64,000 bases of DNA from an uncultured Acidobacteriota bacterium (GTDB taxonomy: Bacteria; Acidobacteriota; Terriglobia; Acidiferrales; UBA7541). Made by a program: the position numbers and the translations under genes. The notes under the pieces are model-generated. The model saw only the letters and a program-made list of their open reading frames with translations, was not told the DNA's origin and ran no database searches. Location: contig CAVZZU010000009.1 in the NCBI GenBank assembly GCA_963779825.1, positions 72,258-136,257 of the forward strand, given 5' to 3'. Shown in pieces: positions 39,106 through 50,394 of the stretch (within the stretch, counting starts at the first letter, position 1; each line of letters starts with the position of its first letter).

Positions 39106-40404
39106 CTATAACGCGCGCAACGCGTGACCGAGCTTGTCGCGCTTCGTGGTCAAATAGCGAAGATTCGACGGTGACGCCGGGATTTCAAGCGGCAACCATT
39201 GCGCCACGGAAAGGCCGTAGCCTTCAATGGCGACGAGTTTTCGAGGGTTGTTGCTGAGGAGTCTCATCGAAACAATTCCGAGTTCCCGCAAGATTTGTAC
39301 GCCAACGCCGTAATCCCGCTGATCCGCCTTGAACCCGAGCCGCTCGTTGGCCTCCACGGTGTCGAGCCCTTCGTCTTGAAGGGCATACGCGCGGATCTTG
39401 TTCGCCAATCCGATTCCGCGGCCTTCCTGGTTCAGGTAAAGCAGCACACCTCGTCCTTCCCCTGCGATTCGACGCAATGCCTTTTCGAGCTGGGTGCCGC
39501 AGTCGCATCGCACTGAATGAAAAACGTCTCCGGTAAGGCACTGCGAATGCACCCGAACGAGCACATCCTGGCCGTCTCCGATGTCTCCACATACGAGAGC
39601 GATGTGTACCTGTTTGTCGATCAGATTTTCGAACGCGTGCAGACTGAATTCGCCGTACTCGGTTGGCAGTTTTGCGGACGCCACCTTATTGACGATAGAT
39701 TCGGTGCGCATGCGATAGGCAATCAAATCCGCCACAGTTATCAGCGGGATGCCGTGGCGGCGTGCGAAGTGATGAAGTTCCGGCACGCGCGCCATCGTGC
39801 CGTCCTCATTCATGATTTCACAGATTACTCCGGCAGGACGCAGACCGGCCAATCGCGCCAGGTCCACAGCGGCCTCCGTTTGCCCGGCTCGTGCCAGCAC
39901 TCCCGCACTGCGAGCGCACAATGGAAAGATGTGGCCGGGACGACTCAGATCTGAAGGCTTAGTCGCCGGGTCAATTGCTGCAAGTACCGTTGCCGCATGA
40001 TCGGCAGCCGAAATACCGGTAGTCGCGCCTGCTCTCGCCTCGATGCTCACGCAAAATGCAGTCTCGAACCGGGAGTCGTTCTGCGACACCATCAGTGGAA
40101 TCTCGAGCTCGTCGAGCCGTTCGGGCGTCATCGCAAGGCAAATAAGTCCTCGGCCATACCGCGCCATGAAGTTGATGGCTTCGGGCGTTACTTTTTCGGC
40201 GGCGATGGTCAGATCACCCTCATTTTCCCGATCTTGATCGTCAACAACGATGACCATCTTGCCAGCGCGCATTGCTGCGATAGCGTCCTCGATCCACGAA
40301 AATGAACCGTCGCGATCGGCTGAACTGTTCAGAATTTGAAGTCGCTGCCTCACACTTGCCTTCCTTCCGATTGCCTGCCCGTGCGTCGTACCTTCGGTGC
40401 TCAT
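39106..40404 (-). CDS. ribBA: Bifunctional 3,4-dihydroxy-2-butanone-4-phosphate synthase / GTP cyclohydrolase II
   Basis: DRENEGDL (DHBPS) and [18 protein letters not shown] (GCH II) motifs. Confidence 0.95.
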   Translation of the reverse strand: MSTEGTTHGQAIGRKASVRQRLQILNSSADRDGSFSWIEDAIAAMRAGKMVIVVDDQDRENEGDLTIAAEKVTPEAINFMARYGRGLICLAMTPERLDELEIPLMVSQNDSRFETAFCVSIEARAGATTGISAADHAATVLAAIDPATKPSDLSRPGHIFPLCARSAGVLARAGQTEAAVDLARLAGLRPAGVICEIMNEDGTMARVPELHHFARRHGIPLITVADLIAYRMRTESIVNKVASAKLPTEYGEFSLHAFENLIDKQVHIALVCGDIGDGQDVLVRVHSQCLTGDVFHSVRCDCGTQLEKALRRIAGEGRGVLLYLNQEGRGIGLANKIRAYALQDEGLDTVEANERLGFKADQRDYGVGVQILRELGIVSMRLLSNNPRKLVAIEGYGLSVAQWLPLEIPASPSNLRYLTTKRDKLGHALRAL

Positions 40405-41756
40405 TGAGGTGTGATTCCCATCGCCTCGACCAGTTCGTCGTGCGCCTGAATGTAGCCAAGCCGCGACTGGAGAAGGAGCGTCTTGGCGTCCAGCTCTTGA
40501 GCGGCTGCAGCGTCAGCTTGCGACTGGAGTGCTTCGCCTCTCAAGAGTTTTTGAGCAGTTACGCGACTGGATTCGTCTCGCAAAGCCACGACCTGTTCCG
40601 AGACACTTACCATTTCCTTCGTGCGATCGAGCCTGTTCAAGGCCGTCTCGACCCCGAGTTCCACATCGTCTGTAACGCGCGCGAGGTTTTCCCTGGCCTG
40701 CGCGAGCTTGGAATTGCTTTCTCCCAGCGCCGCGCCCCTCCTGCCTCCGTCAAAGAGGTCATAGTTGAGTGAGGCTCCGAAGGTCCCGAAGTTACGCGCC
40801 AGAAATGGGACGTTATCCTGATAACTGTATCGCGCGAAAGCGACAATATCCGGGAAATAGTCGGCCTTCGCCAAACGTACTCCCGCGGAAGCTTTTGTCA
40901 CTTCCTCGCGGGCGGCCACAACTTCCGGATGCGACTCCAAAGCAATCTTTACGCATTCTTCCTTCGGGCAAGTTTCCTGAACCGCGGGAACTTCCGAATC
41001 GAGCGTGAGCTGGGTCGTAACCGGCAATCCCATCACGTCATCGAGCTGCATGGTCAGGTCCGAAATCTGCAACTCCGTTGTCAGCAAATCCTGCTTGGCT
41101 TCGAGCAGCTGGGCTCGGCTTTCGATTAGTGCTTCATCTAGCTCGCTGCCGTACTTCACCTGCTCAACGCGTTCGCCTTCAAGGTCCTGATCGGCCCGGA
41201 TTTTGGCTGAAGTGGCGCTGCTCCGGAGTTGGGCGATTAACAGCTGGTAGTAGATCTGGTGCACTTTCAATGCGACTTCATTTTGTGTTTGTTGAGCGTC
41301 GGCCCGTGAAGCACTCAGATCGGCCTCCGCAGCATCATTCGCGGGCTTAATTCGGGTTAACAGTTGTGTCAGCGGTTGGGAAAGCGTCGTTCCGCTCAGC
41401 ACAATTGTCCTTCCACCTTGGTTGATCGTTACCGGCGTAGAAGGAATCGGAGTGCCGTCTACAGTGCCAAGACTGCCCGCAGGAAAGCCAACAAACTGTG
41501 TGTCCGTCAGCCTCGCGATTTTGCTTTCGTTCTCTATGGTGGGAAGGTAACCGCTTCTCGCGACTTCCTTCGCGTGCTGCTTCTCCTCAACTTGGAATTC
41601 CGCAATGCGCGCCACGTGATTCTGTTTCAGAGCGAGTTGAACTGCCTCAGCTAATGTTATGTGTCGCGCCGCCGTCCCGGCAGTTTGTGCTCGAACGGAA
41701 AACGCAAGACTGCCCAGAAGTAATACAACTGCCAAAGGCCCGCCCCGTAGATTCAT
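40401..41756 (-). CDS. TolC-family outer-membrane efflux protein
   Basis: Signal peptide [24 protein letters not shown] and two OEP repeats. The ATG overlaps the upstream stop (ATGA). Confidence 0.85.
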   Translation of the reverse strand: MNLRGGPLAVVLLLGSLAFSVRAQTAGTAARHITLAEAVQLALKQNHVARIAEFQVEEKQHAKEVARSGYLPTIENESKIARLTDTQFVGFPAGSLGTVDGTPIPSTPVTINQGGRTIVLSGTTLSQPLTQLLTRIKPANDAAEADLSASRADAQQTQNEVALKVHQIYYQLLIAQLRSSATSAKIRADQDLEGERVEQVKYGSELDEALIESRAQLLEAKQDLLTTELQISDLTMQLDDVMGLPVTTQLTLDSEVPAVQETCPKEECVKIALESHPEVVAAREEVTKASAGVRLAKADYFPDIVAFARYSYQDNVPFLARNFGTFGASLNYDLFDGGRRGAALGESNSKLAQARENLARVTDDVELGVETALNRLDRTKEMVSVSEQVVALRDESSRVTAQKLLRGEALQSQADAAAAQELDAKTLLLQSRLGYIQAHDELVEAMGITPQ

Positions 41757-43429
41757 TGCTTCGCTCCCTTCGCCGGAGTCGGGTGCCGCTGCAGAGCGCT
41801 GATTTCTCCATATTTCAGCGGCGATTCTCGCAAGCAGGCCACGAAGACCAAGGCAATAACGCAGACCCACGCCACTAGGTAGAATCCGTCGTTGATACTC
41901 AGCGTGTATGCTTGAAGACGAACGCGCCCGCCCGCGACATCCACGGCGCGGGACGCCGCTTGAGCCAAGCCAGATGATTTGGCAAAGGCGCCTGCTGTCA
42001 TTTGACGGATGCTTCCGTCGGTGATCCAGTTACCCTGCTGCACGTGCAGCCCCAGCAGGTTCGAATGGAATTTCTCCCGCTCGGCAATAAAACGCCCCAT
42101 GAGGACCGCTCCCACAGTCCCTCCGAAAATCCGAATGGTATGAAAAAAGGCAGAAAAGGTGAGGATGCGCTGGGGCTTCGCCAACCCACCCGAGAAAAGC
42201 CCCTGCAGTATGATCGCTGCGACTAGTCCGATGAACGCAAAGCATTGACCGAATCCCATTAGAAATTCCGTGCGGTAGTAGTTTGCCGCCGCCCAGGCGC
42301 TGGTCATTTCGGCGTTCAGCAAGGATGCGACAGCCATGCTCACAAAACCTGCTGCGAGGAGTAAACGAGGGTCCACGTTCGAAAGCAGCAGGAAGCCGGC
42401 CACAAGCGCAAGCGGAACGAAAGAAGCAGCCGTCCAAATCACGGCCGGCCCGATCTGATCGGGTTCGAATCCGTGTATGGCCAGAGACTGCGGGACCAAA
42501 ATGATTGTTGTCACCAGAAAGAAGCGAAAGAAGAACAAGCCAATGCCCAGGAGAATCGAATTCCGCTGACGGAGGTAGGGCATGTCAACCAGAGGGTTGG
42601 GGCCGCGCAGGCGACGAACGAGACCGCACAATAACAGGAACGCGCCGCTCGCAAAAAGGGCGTTGAATACTCCAGAGCGCCACCAATCGAGTCGTTCACC
42701 TTGTTCGCACGCGGCCAAAATCAATGCGAAGCCAGCGCTCGCGTATAGAAATCCGGCGAAGCTCGGCGCCTCGCCGTGCTCTTTTGCGGGAGGAGATTTC
42801 GGTATTCCGAAGTAAATGCAGATCATCATGATCGGGGTAATCACCGCCGAATTCCAAAACATCCACTCCCAGGAGAGATGAATCCTGTACCAGCCGTAAA
42901 GCGATGGGGCAATATTCACCGCGCCATCCACGCATGAGGCGTACAGAGCAATCGTGAAAGGAAGATAACGAAGCGGGATATTGCGCAGAGCAAAGGTAAG
43001 CGTCAGGGGGTAGAAGGTGCCGGAAGTCAAACCAGCCAAACCCAGAGCCACGATGACCAGGCCGTAATTGTGAATGAAGGGCACGAAAATCAGAATCATC
43101 GTAAACATCGCCGCGGCCGCCAGGAGAATTCGCCGTGGGCCCATCAATCCGCCAAGGTAGACGGTGAACGGGCCGATAAACATCAAGCCGACGTCGAAGG
43201 CCGTGCCAATCCAAGCGCTCTCGTCGTACCCGAATCCGCGGTGGCCCTTGAAGTCCGCTAGTCCGAGCGAGATCATGCGGCTCGTGAGAGTGACCACTCC
43301 CGCACCGGTGATCACGCCGAGGATGCCAAGCAACGGACTTTTGGACAGCTCGGCTGGCACTGCCCCAGCGATTCCTTGCGCGAGTTGCGCTGGAGTCGGT
43401 TGAGGCAAGGCTATCGAGGAAGCGGACAT
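41753..43429 (-). CDS. MFS drug:H+ antiporter, DHA2 (EmrB/QacA) family, 14 TMS
   Basis: Length, TM pattern and position between HlyD-type and TolC-type genes. Confidence 0.88.
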   Translation of the reverse strand: MSASSIALPQPTPAQLAQGIAGAVPAELSKSPLLGILGVITGAGVVTLTSRMISLGLADFKGHRGFGYDESAWIGTAFDVGLMFIGPFTVYLGGLMGPRRILLAAAAMFTMILIFVPFIHNYGLVIVALGLAGLTSGTFYPLTLTFALRNIPLRYLPFTIALYASCVDGAVNIAPSLYGWYRIHLSWEWMFWNSAVITPIMMICIYFGIPKSPPAKEHGEAPSFAGFLYASAGFALILAACEQGERLDWWRSGVFNALFASGAFLLLCGLVRRLRGPNPLVDMPYLRQRNSILLGIGLFFFRFFLVTTIILVPQSLAIHGFEPDQIGPAVIWTAASFVPLALVAGFLLLSNVDPRLLLAAGFVSMAVASLLNAEMTSAWAAANYYRTEFLMGFGQCFAFIGLVAAIILQGLFSGGLAKPQRILTFSAFFHTIRIFGGTVGAVLMGRFIAEREKFHSNLLGLHVQQGNWITDGSIRQMTAGAFAKSSGLAQAASRAVDVAGGRVRLQAYTLSINDGFYLVAWVCVIALVFVACLRESPLKYGEISALQRHPTPAKGAKQ

Positions 43430-43440
43430 CGAGGCTCCGA

Positions 43441-44661
43441 TTAATTTCCCGTCCGGACAGTGGCGATCACCGAGAGTCCAGGCTGCAGCGTCGCCGCGAC
43501 ACTTTCGTCGTCGAGGGTGATTTTTACGGGAATACGCTGGACAACTTTTGTGAAGTTACCTGTCGCATTGTCTGGTGGCAGTAAAGCGAATTGTGAACCG
43601 CTTGCCGGAGCGATCTCGAGGACTTTGCCTTTCAAGATTTTCCCAGGGAATTCGTCAATGCGAATCTCCGTGGGGTCTCCGATTTTCATGTTTGTGAGCT
43701 GCGTTTCACGGTAATTCGCTACCACCCATTTGATCCGGCTGACGAAAGAGATCACTTGCGTTCCCGGAGATACCAATTGCCCGGGCCGGACCTGCCTCTC
43801 GCCGACGGTGCCATCCTCAGGTGCTGTGATGCGCGTGTATCCCAGATTTACTCTTGCGACTTCAAGCGCGGCTTCCTTGGCATGCAGGTCCGCGGTGAGT
43901 TGCGCATCCTGCGACTCCAATACACGTTTCGTCCGGCGCTCAGCCTCCACGGCGAGTTCGTTGCTCCGTAACAACGACTTCGCTTGTACTAAGTCAGCGT
44001 CACGGCTCGCCAACTTTGCACTGAATAGTTGCTGGTCGGCAACCGCCTGCTCCACCTCCCGCTGCGTGGTTGAGCCCGTTTGGATCAGCGCTTCTTGCCG
44101 CTTGCGTTCCAATCCGCTGCGCACGACTTCCGCTTGAACTTCTTCTATGCCACCTTGCGCCGCTGCGATTTGGGCGTTCGCATCGTCAACCCCGGCGAGC
44201 GCACGATCAATACGAGCGTCTTCGAGGTCTTGTTGCCGTTTGTTGTCTTCGATGGCAGCCTTTGCAGCTTCCACTGCGGCGCTCGCCTGGGCCACTTGAG
44301 CGTTGAAATCGTCATCATCAAGCTGAACGATCAGATCTCCCTTGCGCACCGACTGATAGTCGGAAACCGTGACTTCCTTGACGAGGCCGGCGACCTTTGT
44401 GCTGAGTGGAGTGATGTCGCCGCGGACGTAAGCATCGTCCGTAACCTGTTCAACGCGACCGCCCTCCCAGGAGTTCCAGTTCCAGGTGATTGTGACGAGG
44501 ATCACAGCAGCGAGCAGCACGATCAGTATTGGCGTCCCGTACTTTCGCAGATTTGCGCCGGAGCGAGCCGGGGCGTGCTCCGGCTCGGGCTTCTGCGTTG
44601 GTCCCGGCGTGGGAGCCGACGGCGTACCGCCTGTGGCCATAGTTGACATACCTCGATGCAC
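43441..44661 (-). CDS. HlyD/EmrA-family membrane fusion protein
   Basis: Single N-terminal TM segment, a long coiled-coil, and C-terminal barrel motifs. Confidence 0.88.
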   Translation of the reverse strand: MHRGMSTMATGGTPSAPTPGPTQKPEPEHAPARSGANLRKYGTPILIVLLAAVILVTITWNWNSWEGGRVEQVTDDAYVRGDITPLSTKVAGLVKEVTVSDYQSVRKGDLIVQLDDDDFNAQVAQASAAVEAAKAAIEDNKRQQDLEDARIDRALAGVDDANAQIAAAQGGIEEVQAEVVRSGLERKRQEALIQTGSTTQREVEQAVADQQLFSAKLASRDADLVQAKSLLRSNELAVEAERRTKRVLESQDAQLTADLHAKEAALEVARVNLGYTRITAPEDGTVGERQVRPGQLVSPGTQVISFVSRIKWVVANYRETQLTNMKIGDPTEIRIDEFPGKILKGKVLEIAPASGSQFALLPPDNATGNFTKVVQRIPVKITLDDESVAATLQPGLSVIATVRTGN

Positions 44662-44859
44662 CTGTCAGTACACTGTGTTAAAGGCACTTCCGGTGCCGAG
44701 CGAGCTCGCACGGATCCTCATGAAAAAAGACAACTTACTGCTGCGGAGGGAAAGCGGTTTCCGACGCAGGTGTTAACATTCCGTCGTTTGCAAAGATGCG
44801 GACAGGCCGATCCCGCCGCGGCGATGCCAGGGATTGGAAATAAATCGAACAGGATTATA

Positions 44860-47421
44860 ATGCGCCCCATGGCCTCTCCAGGTCGAGAATCCGAGTCCTT
44901 GAATATTCAGCTTCTCGTGGATTCGATCCCCGCGTTGATCCACACCTCCATGCCCGACGGCTACCTCGATTACTTCAATAAACCTTGGCTGGAATACCTG
45001 GGCGCCACGCTGGAACAAGTGACCGGCTGGAATTGGAGGGACTTCATTCATCCCGAGGACGTTGATGGGATTGTCGCTAGATGGCTCGCTTGCCTCGCGT
45101 CCGGAGAGATCTTCGAATACGAAACTCGCGTGCGCCGCGCAGATGGGGAATACCGCTGGATGTTCCACCACAAGGTGCCGCTCCGGGATGAGCGCGGCAA
45201 CATCGTCAAGTGGTACGGTTCGAGTCTGGATATTGAGGAGCGCAAAACGGCGGCCAAAGCGCTGCAAAGAAGCGAGTTCTATCTCGCCGAAGGGCAGCGT
45301 CTTGGCCACATGGGAAGCTGGGCCTTCGACGCTAATGGATTCGACTATTGGTCCCCTCAGTTATTTCGAATGCACGGTCTCGATCCGGCAGGCAAGGCGC
45401 CTAGCGTTGAGGAGTATTTAAGTTTCATCCACCCAGAAGATCACCAATCCATGGCAAATGTGATCAACCGGCTCGTGGCGGAAGCGACGCCCTTCGATGC
45501 CACCAAGCGCATCGTGCGACTCGATGGCGAGGTCCGCTACATTCGTTGCGTCGGTGTTCCTTTTGTTGACGGCCAAGGGCTCAAAAAGTGCGTCGGCAGC
45601 GCCATAGACGTCACTGAGCACGAGCTCCTGACCCAGGAGCTCCGACGGCGAGAAGCCGACCTTGCGGAGGCGCAGAGACTCAGCCACACAGGAAGTTGGG
45701 CATGGAGTCCAGACAACGATATCAGGTACTGGTCGGAGGAATGCTACCGCGTTCTGAGTTTCGATCCACACGATGGTTTGCCTCGGTTCGAAGATTTCTT
45801 TCAGCGGATCCATCCCGACGACCAGCCCGGCTTCAGGAAACTAATCGAGACGGCTATCTGCGAGAAGGCCGAGTGGCAGGCGGACTACCGCATCGTGCAT
45901 CCCGATGGCCCCGTCAGGGACATTCACGTCGTAGCTCACCCTGTTCTGAGCCCGTCCGGGCATCTCGTCGAATTCGTGGGCACTGTGATTGATATCACGG
46001 AGCGTAAACGAGCAGAGGAGGAACGGCGCAGAAGTGAAATGGAACTCCAGCAGATTCTGGACCTGGCGCCTCAACTTATTGTGGTATTCGGGCCTAACAG
46101 TGAACGCCTCTTTGCAAACCGCATCACGCTCGATTACCTCGGCATCGGTCTCGACGAATGGCGGCACAGGAGCTTTGCGGCTGATGTTCATCCTTCCGAT
46201 GCGGAACGGTTCAAGACCTATTTGGATCGTGCTTTATCAGGTGGCGCTGCAGACGAATTGGAGTTGCGACTACGCAAACGTGACGGAGGTTATCGCTGGT
46301 TCTTGACTCGGTTCAACCCATTGCGGGATGAACGGGGACAAACTACGCGTTGGTATCTTACTGGGACAGACATCGAAGATCGCAAGCAGGCTGAACAGAG
46401 GCTTCAGCACGAGAACGTCGCCCTTCGTGAAGAAATCGACAAAGCATCCATGTTCGAAGAGATTGTTGGAACCTCCCCAGCTTTGCGAACTGTGCTATCG
46501 CGCGTTTCCAAAGTTGCACGAAGTGACTCTACCGTTCTTATCACGGGTGAAACGGGAACGGGCAAAGAGCTTGTCGCACGCGCCATCCACCGACGATCAG
46601 ACCGCAGCTCGCGCGCATTCGTTAGTGTGAACTGCGCAGCCATCCCGCGAGATTTGATCGCCTCGGAGTTGTTCGGCCATGAGAAGGGTGCCTTTACCGG
46701 TGCGACTCAGCAGCGCCTGGGTCGGTTTGAGCTGGCGAACGGAGGCACGATCTTCCTCGATGAAGTCGGTGAGCTTCCACCCGAGACTCAGATTGCCCTT
46801 CTGCGTGTGTTGCAGGAGCACGAATTTGAGCGCGTCGGCGGAACCCGTCGAATCCGTGCTGACGTTCGTGTAATCGCAGCCACCAACCGCGACTTGCAGG
46901 CCGCCATCCGTACCGGATCGTTCCGAAGCGATCTGTTTTACCGCCTGCATGTTTTCCCAATCGTGCTTCCTCCTCTTCGAGAGCGAGGAGAGGACATTGC
47001 CCTCCTGGTTGAATACTTTATAGATCGCTACGCGCGAAAAATCGGTAAGAACATACGCGACATCAGCAAGAAGACGCTGGGACTGCTCCAGTCCTATCCT
47101 TGGCCCGGAAACATACGCGAATTACAGAACGTCATCGAGCGTTCAGTGCTGCTTTGCGAAACGGAAAGTTTCTCGATTGACGAAAGCTGGTTGCCAAAGG
47201 AGGCCTCTCCCGCAGAGCCGAACGACCAAATTCAGCTCCCTCTAGAACTCGTGGCTCAAGAGAAGAACATGATTGAGGCTGCGCTGAAGGAAAGTCGCGG
47301 GCGGGTTTTCGGACCCGCAGGGGCCGCGACGAAGTTAGGCATACCGAGGTCCACGCTGGAATCGAAAATCCGCTCACTTAGAATTGATAAGAACCGATTC
47401 AAGACCCATGCGGAAACTTGA
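44860..47421 (+). CDS. Sigma-54-dependent transcriptional activator with multiple N-terminal PAS domains
   Basis: Repeated PAS/PAC blocks (DGEYRWM, DGPVRDI, DGGYRWF). AAA+ core with GETGTGKE and the GAFTGA motif. C-terminal Fis-type HTH. Start taken at MRPMASPG. Confidence 0.9.
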   Translation: MRPMASPGRESESLNIQLLVDSIPALIHTSMPDGYLDYFNKPWLEYLGATLEQVTGWNWRDFIHPEDVDGIVARWLACLASGEIFEYETRVRRADGEYRWMFHHKVPLRDERGNIVKWYGSSLDIEERKTAAKALQRSEFYLAEGQRLGHMGSWAFDANGFDYWSPQLFRMHGLDPAGKAPSVEEYLSFIHPEDHQSMANVINRLVAEATPFDATKRIVRLDGEVRYIRCVGVPFVDGQGLKKCVGSAIDVTEHELLTQELRRREADLAEAQRLSHTGSWAWSPDNDIRYWSEECYRVLSFDPHDGLPRFEDFFQRIHPDDQPGFRKLIETAICEKAEWQADYRIVHPDGPVRDIHVVAHPVLSPSGHLVEFVGTVIDITERKRAEEERRRSEMELQQILDLAPQLIVVFGPNSERLFANRITLDYLGIGLDEWRHRSFAADVHPSDAERFKTYLDRALSGGAADELELRLRKRDGGYRWFLTRFNPLRDERGQTTRWYLTGTDIEDRKQAEQRLQHENVALREEIDKASMFEEIVGTSPALRTVLSRVSKVARSDSTVLITGETGTGKELVARAIHRRSDRSSRAFVSVNCAAIPRDLIASELFGHEKGAFTGATQQRLGRFELANGGTIFLDEVGELPPETQIALLRVLQEHEFERVGGTRRIRADVRVIAATNRDLQAAIRTGSFRSDLFYRLHVFPIVLPPLRERGEDIALLVEYFIDRYARKIGKNIRDISKKTLGLLQSYPWPGNIRELQNVIERSVLLCETESFSIDESWLPKEASPAEPNDQIQLPLELVAQEKNMIEAALKESRGRVFGPAGAATKLGIPRSTLESKIRSLRIDKNRFKTHAET

Positions 47422-47431
47422 GACGACCAAC

Positions 47432-48781
47432 ATGGCATCCGTTGAGAAACTCGACACTCATCAAAAGGCCCTCAACATTAACTTGGACCTCACCAAGTTC
47501 GGTTCCTTCGCCGAAATTGGCGCCGGCCAGGAGGTAGTACGATGGTTTTTGGTTGTCGGCGGCGCTTCCGGCACCGTCGCCAAATCCATCTCCGCGTATG
47601 ACAAGGAAGTCAGTGATGACCTTTACGGTCCTGGCTCTCGCTACGTGTCCAGAGAGCGGCTGGAGGCCATGCTGGAAAGCGAATGGACTCAGCTTCTCAA
47701 CCAATTAGCTAAGACGCGCGGACCACAGACTCGCTTCTTCTGCTTTGTTGACACGATCTCCGCCCGCAATTACGCCGGAACGAACGAGCCGCATGGCTGG
47801 GTTGGACTCCGCTTTCAAGTGCAGCCGGGCGGCGAGCCAAACGAAGTGCTCCTGCACATTAACTTGCGGGATTCTTCCAGTGTCCTCGAACAGGAGGCGA
47901 TCGGCATCCTCGGTGTAAATCTGATTTACGCCGCCCTTTATCAGCTTCAGAGCAAAGAGTCTTTCCTCGAGAACGTTGCTCAGGATGTTGAGAAACGCAT
48001 CGAAATTGATTATGTGGACTTCCGCGGTCCAGCGTTTCAGTCTTGGGACCAACGCGCGTTGCTCATTCACGCAGTGCAGACGGCTCTTGCCCAAGCCGTC
48101 TGTTTTCCATCGAACGGCTCCCCTTTGCCGCCAATGGAAGTTCTCCACAAGAAGGCGCTGGTGCTCGCGCCTGGATCCTTCGAACATGTGGACCCCGATC
48201 ACGCGAAAATTCACGAACAAATGCTGGCTGCTGCGATTGATCAGCTCCGCGGAGAGATCGTCGAAGGTCGGCTCGCGCCGGTTGGCTTTTTCTGTATCCC
48301 TGCGACACCGGCCGTGACCGGGGACCCGCCCCCGAAAATTGAGGATCTGCTAGAACGCGTAGATGCGCTTCGCGCGCGGGGCGGCGATGTATTGCTGTTT
48401 CGCGAACGAGAACTCTACACCATGACCGACTACGTGAACCGTTATACCGCGGAGCATGTCCGATTCGTCGTCGGTCTGTCCGTTCTGATCCGCGTATTCG
48501 AAGACGAGTACAGCAAGCTCACAGGCAGCTTTCTGGAGGCCTTGTCTCGACTGTTCGCCCAAAATGTCCGCATCTATGCGTATCCGATGAGGTCGAACGA
48601 CCTGCAGCAAACGATCGAATCCGCTTCTGCGACGGATTGGCAATGGACTGAGACAAACGGGTGGGTTTCCGCGAATCAACTACGGCTTCGACCGCCGTTG
48701 GGGCTGCTGTACGAGTATATTCTCGCCAGCAAGTTTCTCATTCCCATGCAGGTGCCCACCGCCCGCGCGGCCGACGCGTAG
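47432..48781 (+). CDS. Conserved-looking hypothetical cytoplasmic protein (449 aa)
   Basis: Long ORF with protein-like composition. It starts 10 nt after the bEBP stop. No family recognised by eye. Confidence 0.65.
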   Translation: MASVEKLDTHQKALNINLDLTKFGSFAEIGAGQEVVRWFLVVGGASGTVAKSISAYDKEVSDDLYGPGSRYVSRERLEAMLESEWTQLLNQLAKTRGPQTRFFCFVDTISARNYAGTNEPHGWVGLRFQVQPGGEPNEVLLHINLRDSSSVLEQEAIGILGVNLIYAALYQLQSKESFLENVAQDVEKRIEIDYVDFRGPAFQSWDQRALLIHAVQTALAQAVCFPSNGSPLPPMEVLHKKALVLAPGSFEHVDPDHAKIHEQMLAAAIDQLRGEIVEGRLAPVGFFCIPATPAVTGDPPPKIEDLLERVDALRARGGDVLLFRERELYTMTDYVNRYTAEHVRFVVGLSVLIRVFEDEYSKLTGSFLEALSRLFAQNVRIYAYPMRSNDLQQTIESASATDWQWTETNGWVSANQLRLRPPLGLLYEYILASKFLIPMQVPTARAADA

Positions 48782-48909
48782 GCACACTCCAATCCACTGA
48801 CATCAACAGTCGAAAACGAACTGGTGTTGTGGTTTGACGACTTTCCGACATTTGGCGAGAACTCGCCATCAACAATCTGCGTAAGTGACCTCTTTTCACC
48901 CAGGTACGT

Positions 48910-48925
48910 TGGCCATCGCTTTGCA
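48910..48925 (+). promoter_or_regulatory. Sigma-54-type -24/-12 element TGGCCATCGCTTTGCA
   Basis: Exact GG-N10-GC spacing with a TTGCA -12 box. The predicted TSS almost coincides with the GTG at 48937, so function is uncertain. Confidence 0.35.
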
Positions 48926-48936
48926 TCTGTCGCTAC

Positions 48937-49215
48937 GTGTTCAGGATTCTTCGCAGCGCAAACGGGGATGTTGTTCTGACGCTTATCGGTCGAATGAGCG
49001 ACGAAAACCTGCCGGAATTGAAGTCATTGATCGCGTCGGAGCGGAAAATCTCTCGAATCATACTGGACTTGAAGGATGTGACATTGGTGGATCGCGAAGC
49101 CGTTCGCTTTCTCGGGCGGTGCGAAACCGACAAAATAACCCTCAAGAATTGCCCACCCTATATTCGAGACTGGATTGAGGGAAGTCGAAAACGAAAACCT
49201 AGGCGAAAGAAGTAA
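48937..49215 (+). CDS. Small STAS-like (anti-sigma-factor-antagonist fold) protein with a basic C-terminal tail
   Basis: The pattern VVLTLIGRM...LPELK...RIILDLKDVTLVDREAVRFL resembles SpoIIAA/STAS domains. GTG start with no obvious SD. Confidence 0.5.
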   Translation: MFRILRSANGDVVLTLIGRMSDENLPELKSLIASERKISRIILDLKDVTLVDREAVRFLGRCETDKITLKNCPPYIRDWIEGSRKRKPRRKK

Positions 49216-49266
49216 TGCTCACGATGTTCCCACATAGCTTTCAAAGCGGACAAAGAGGGGGCTGCT

Positions 49267-50334
49267 ATGGCACTGCACAGTTTAGCTTTTGAGGAAATGC
49301 GTCATCAATCTCCTCGCTCCGCCAACGAGTTGGCCAGCTTCGCCGTTGTCGGCGAACTCACTCCAAACGAGGACAGATTCGAGGGAATCATTGGCCAGAG
49401 TACAGCGCTGCGAAGAGTGCTGAACATGGTCGAGCAGGTCGCGTTGGGCAATTCGACTGTGCTGCTGTTCGGCGAGACCGGCACTGGAAAGGAACTCATC
49501 GCTCGAGCGATCCACAATTGCAGTAGTCGAAGAGACCAGAGCTTTGTGAAGCTTAACTGCGCAGCCATCCCAAGCGGCCTGCTCGAAAGCGAACTCTTCG
49601 GACATGAGCGCGGCGCCTTCACCGGAGCCATTACACAGAAGGTCGGACGCCTCGAGCTTGCCGATCAAGGCTCGCTATTCTTGGACGAGATTGGCGATAT
49701 TCCGCTCGAACTCCAGCCGAAGCTCCTGCGCGTGTTGCAGGAACGAGAATTCGAACGGCTGGGCAGTACTCGCACGAGGAGGGTGGACGTTCGCGTTGTC
49801 GCTGCGACGCATCGTGACTTGGAAGGGATGATTCTCGAAAAAGAGTTTCGGAGCGATCTCTACTATCGCTTGAATGTTGTGCCTATATTCCTTCCGCCAT
49901 TGCGCAAACGGCCGGAGGATATTCCACTCCTGGTGCAACATTTTGTGGGGAAATTCGCGAGGAAAGTCGGCAAGACGATAAACATGATCTCGTCGGACAC
50001 GATGGACGCGTTGAAGCGCTATCCGTGGCCCGGCAATATCCGGGAATTGGAAAACGTAATCGAACGCGCGGTAATTCTAGGTTCCGGTCCCGTCCTGCGG
50101 ATCTCACAGCACGATCTGAGTACGCGTATTGCGTCTGCAAGCAATGCGGATCACCTTCAGACTCTCGAGGAAGTCGAGCGTAAACATATTTTGACGACGC
50201 TGAAAGCGACTCGATGGATACTCTCCGGGCCCAGTGGCGCCGCAGCGCTCCTAGGCCTGAATCGTTCAACCCTTTATTTCCGAATGAAAAAGCTCGGCAT
50301 CGCTCGAAGCATTGACGCAAGCTTCGAACCCTGA
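49267..50334 (+). CDS. Sigma-54-dependent activator consisting only of an AAA+ core and an HTH (no sensory/receiver domain)
   Basis: [14 protein letters not shown], and C-terminal HTH AAALLGLNRSTLYFRMKKLGI. Only about 40 aa precede the AAA+ domain. Confidence 0.9.
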   Translation: MALHSLAFEEMRHQSPRSANELASFAVVGELTPNEDRFEGIIGQSTALRRVLNMVEQVALGNSTVLLFGETGTGKELIARAIHNCSSRRDQSFVKLNCAAIPSGLLESELFGHERGAFTGAITQKVGRLELADQGSLFLDEIGDIPLELQPKLLRVLQEREFERLGSTRTRRVDVRVVAATHRDLEGMILEKEFRSDLYYRLNVVPIFLPPLRKRPEDIPLLVQHFVGKFARKVGKTINMISSDTMDALKRYPWPGNIRELENVIERAVILGSGPVLRISQHDLSTRIASASNADHLQTLEEVERKHILTTLKATRWILSGPSGAAALLGLNRSTLYFRMKKLGIARSIDASFEP

Positions 50335-50394
50335 GGGTTCGCCGTACGTACGTTAGTTTCAATTGGATCCTTCACGCATAGAAGGGCGACGCAT

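Noticed and set aside
50364-50379. TGGATCCTTCACGCAT, a sigma-54-like element upstream of the AI-2E transporter gene.
   Set aside because: The GC of the -12 box is displaced by one nucleotide (GG-N9-GC), and spacing is critical for sigma-54 promoters.
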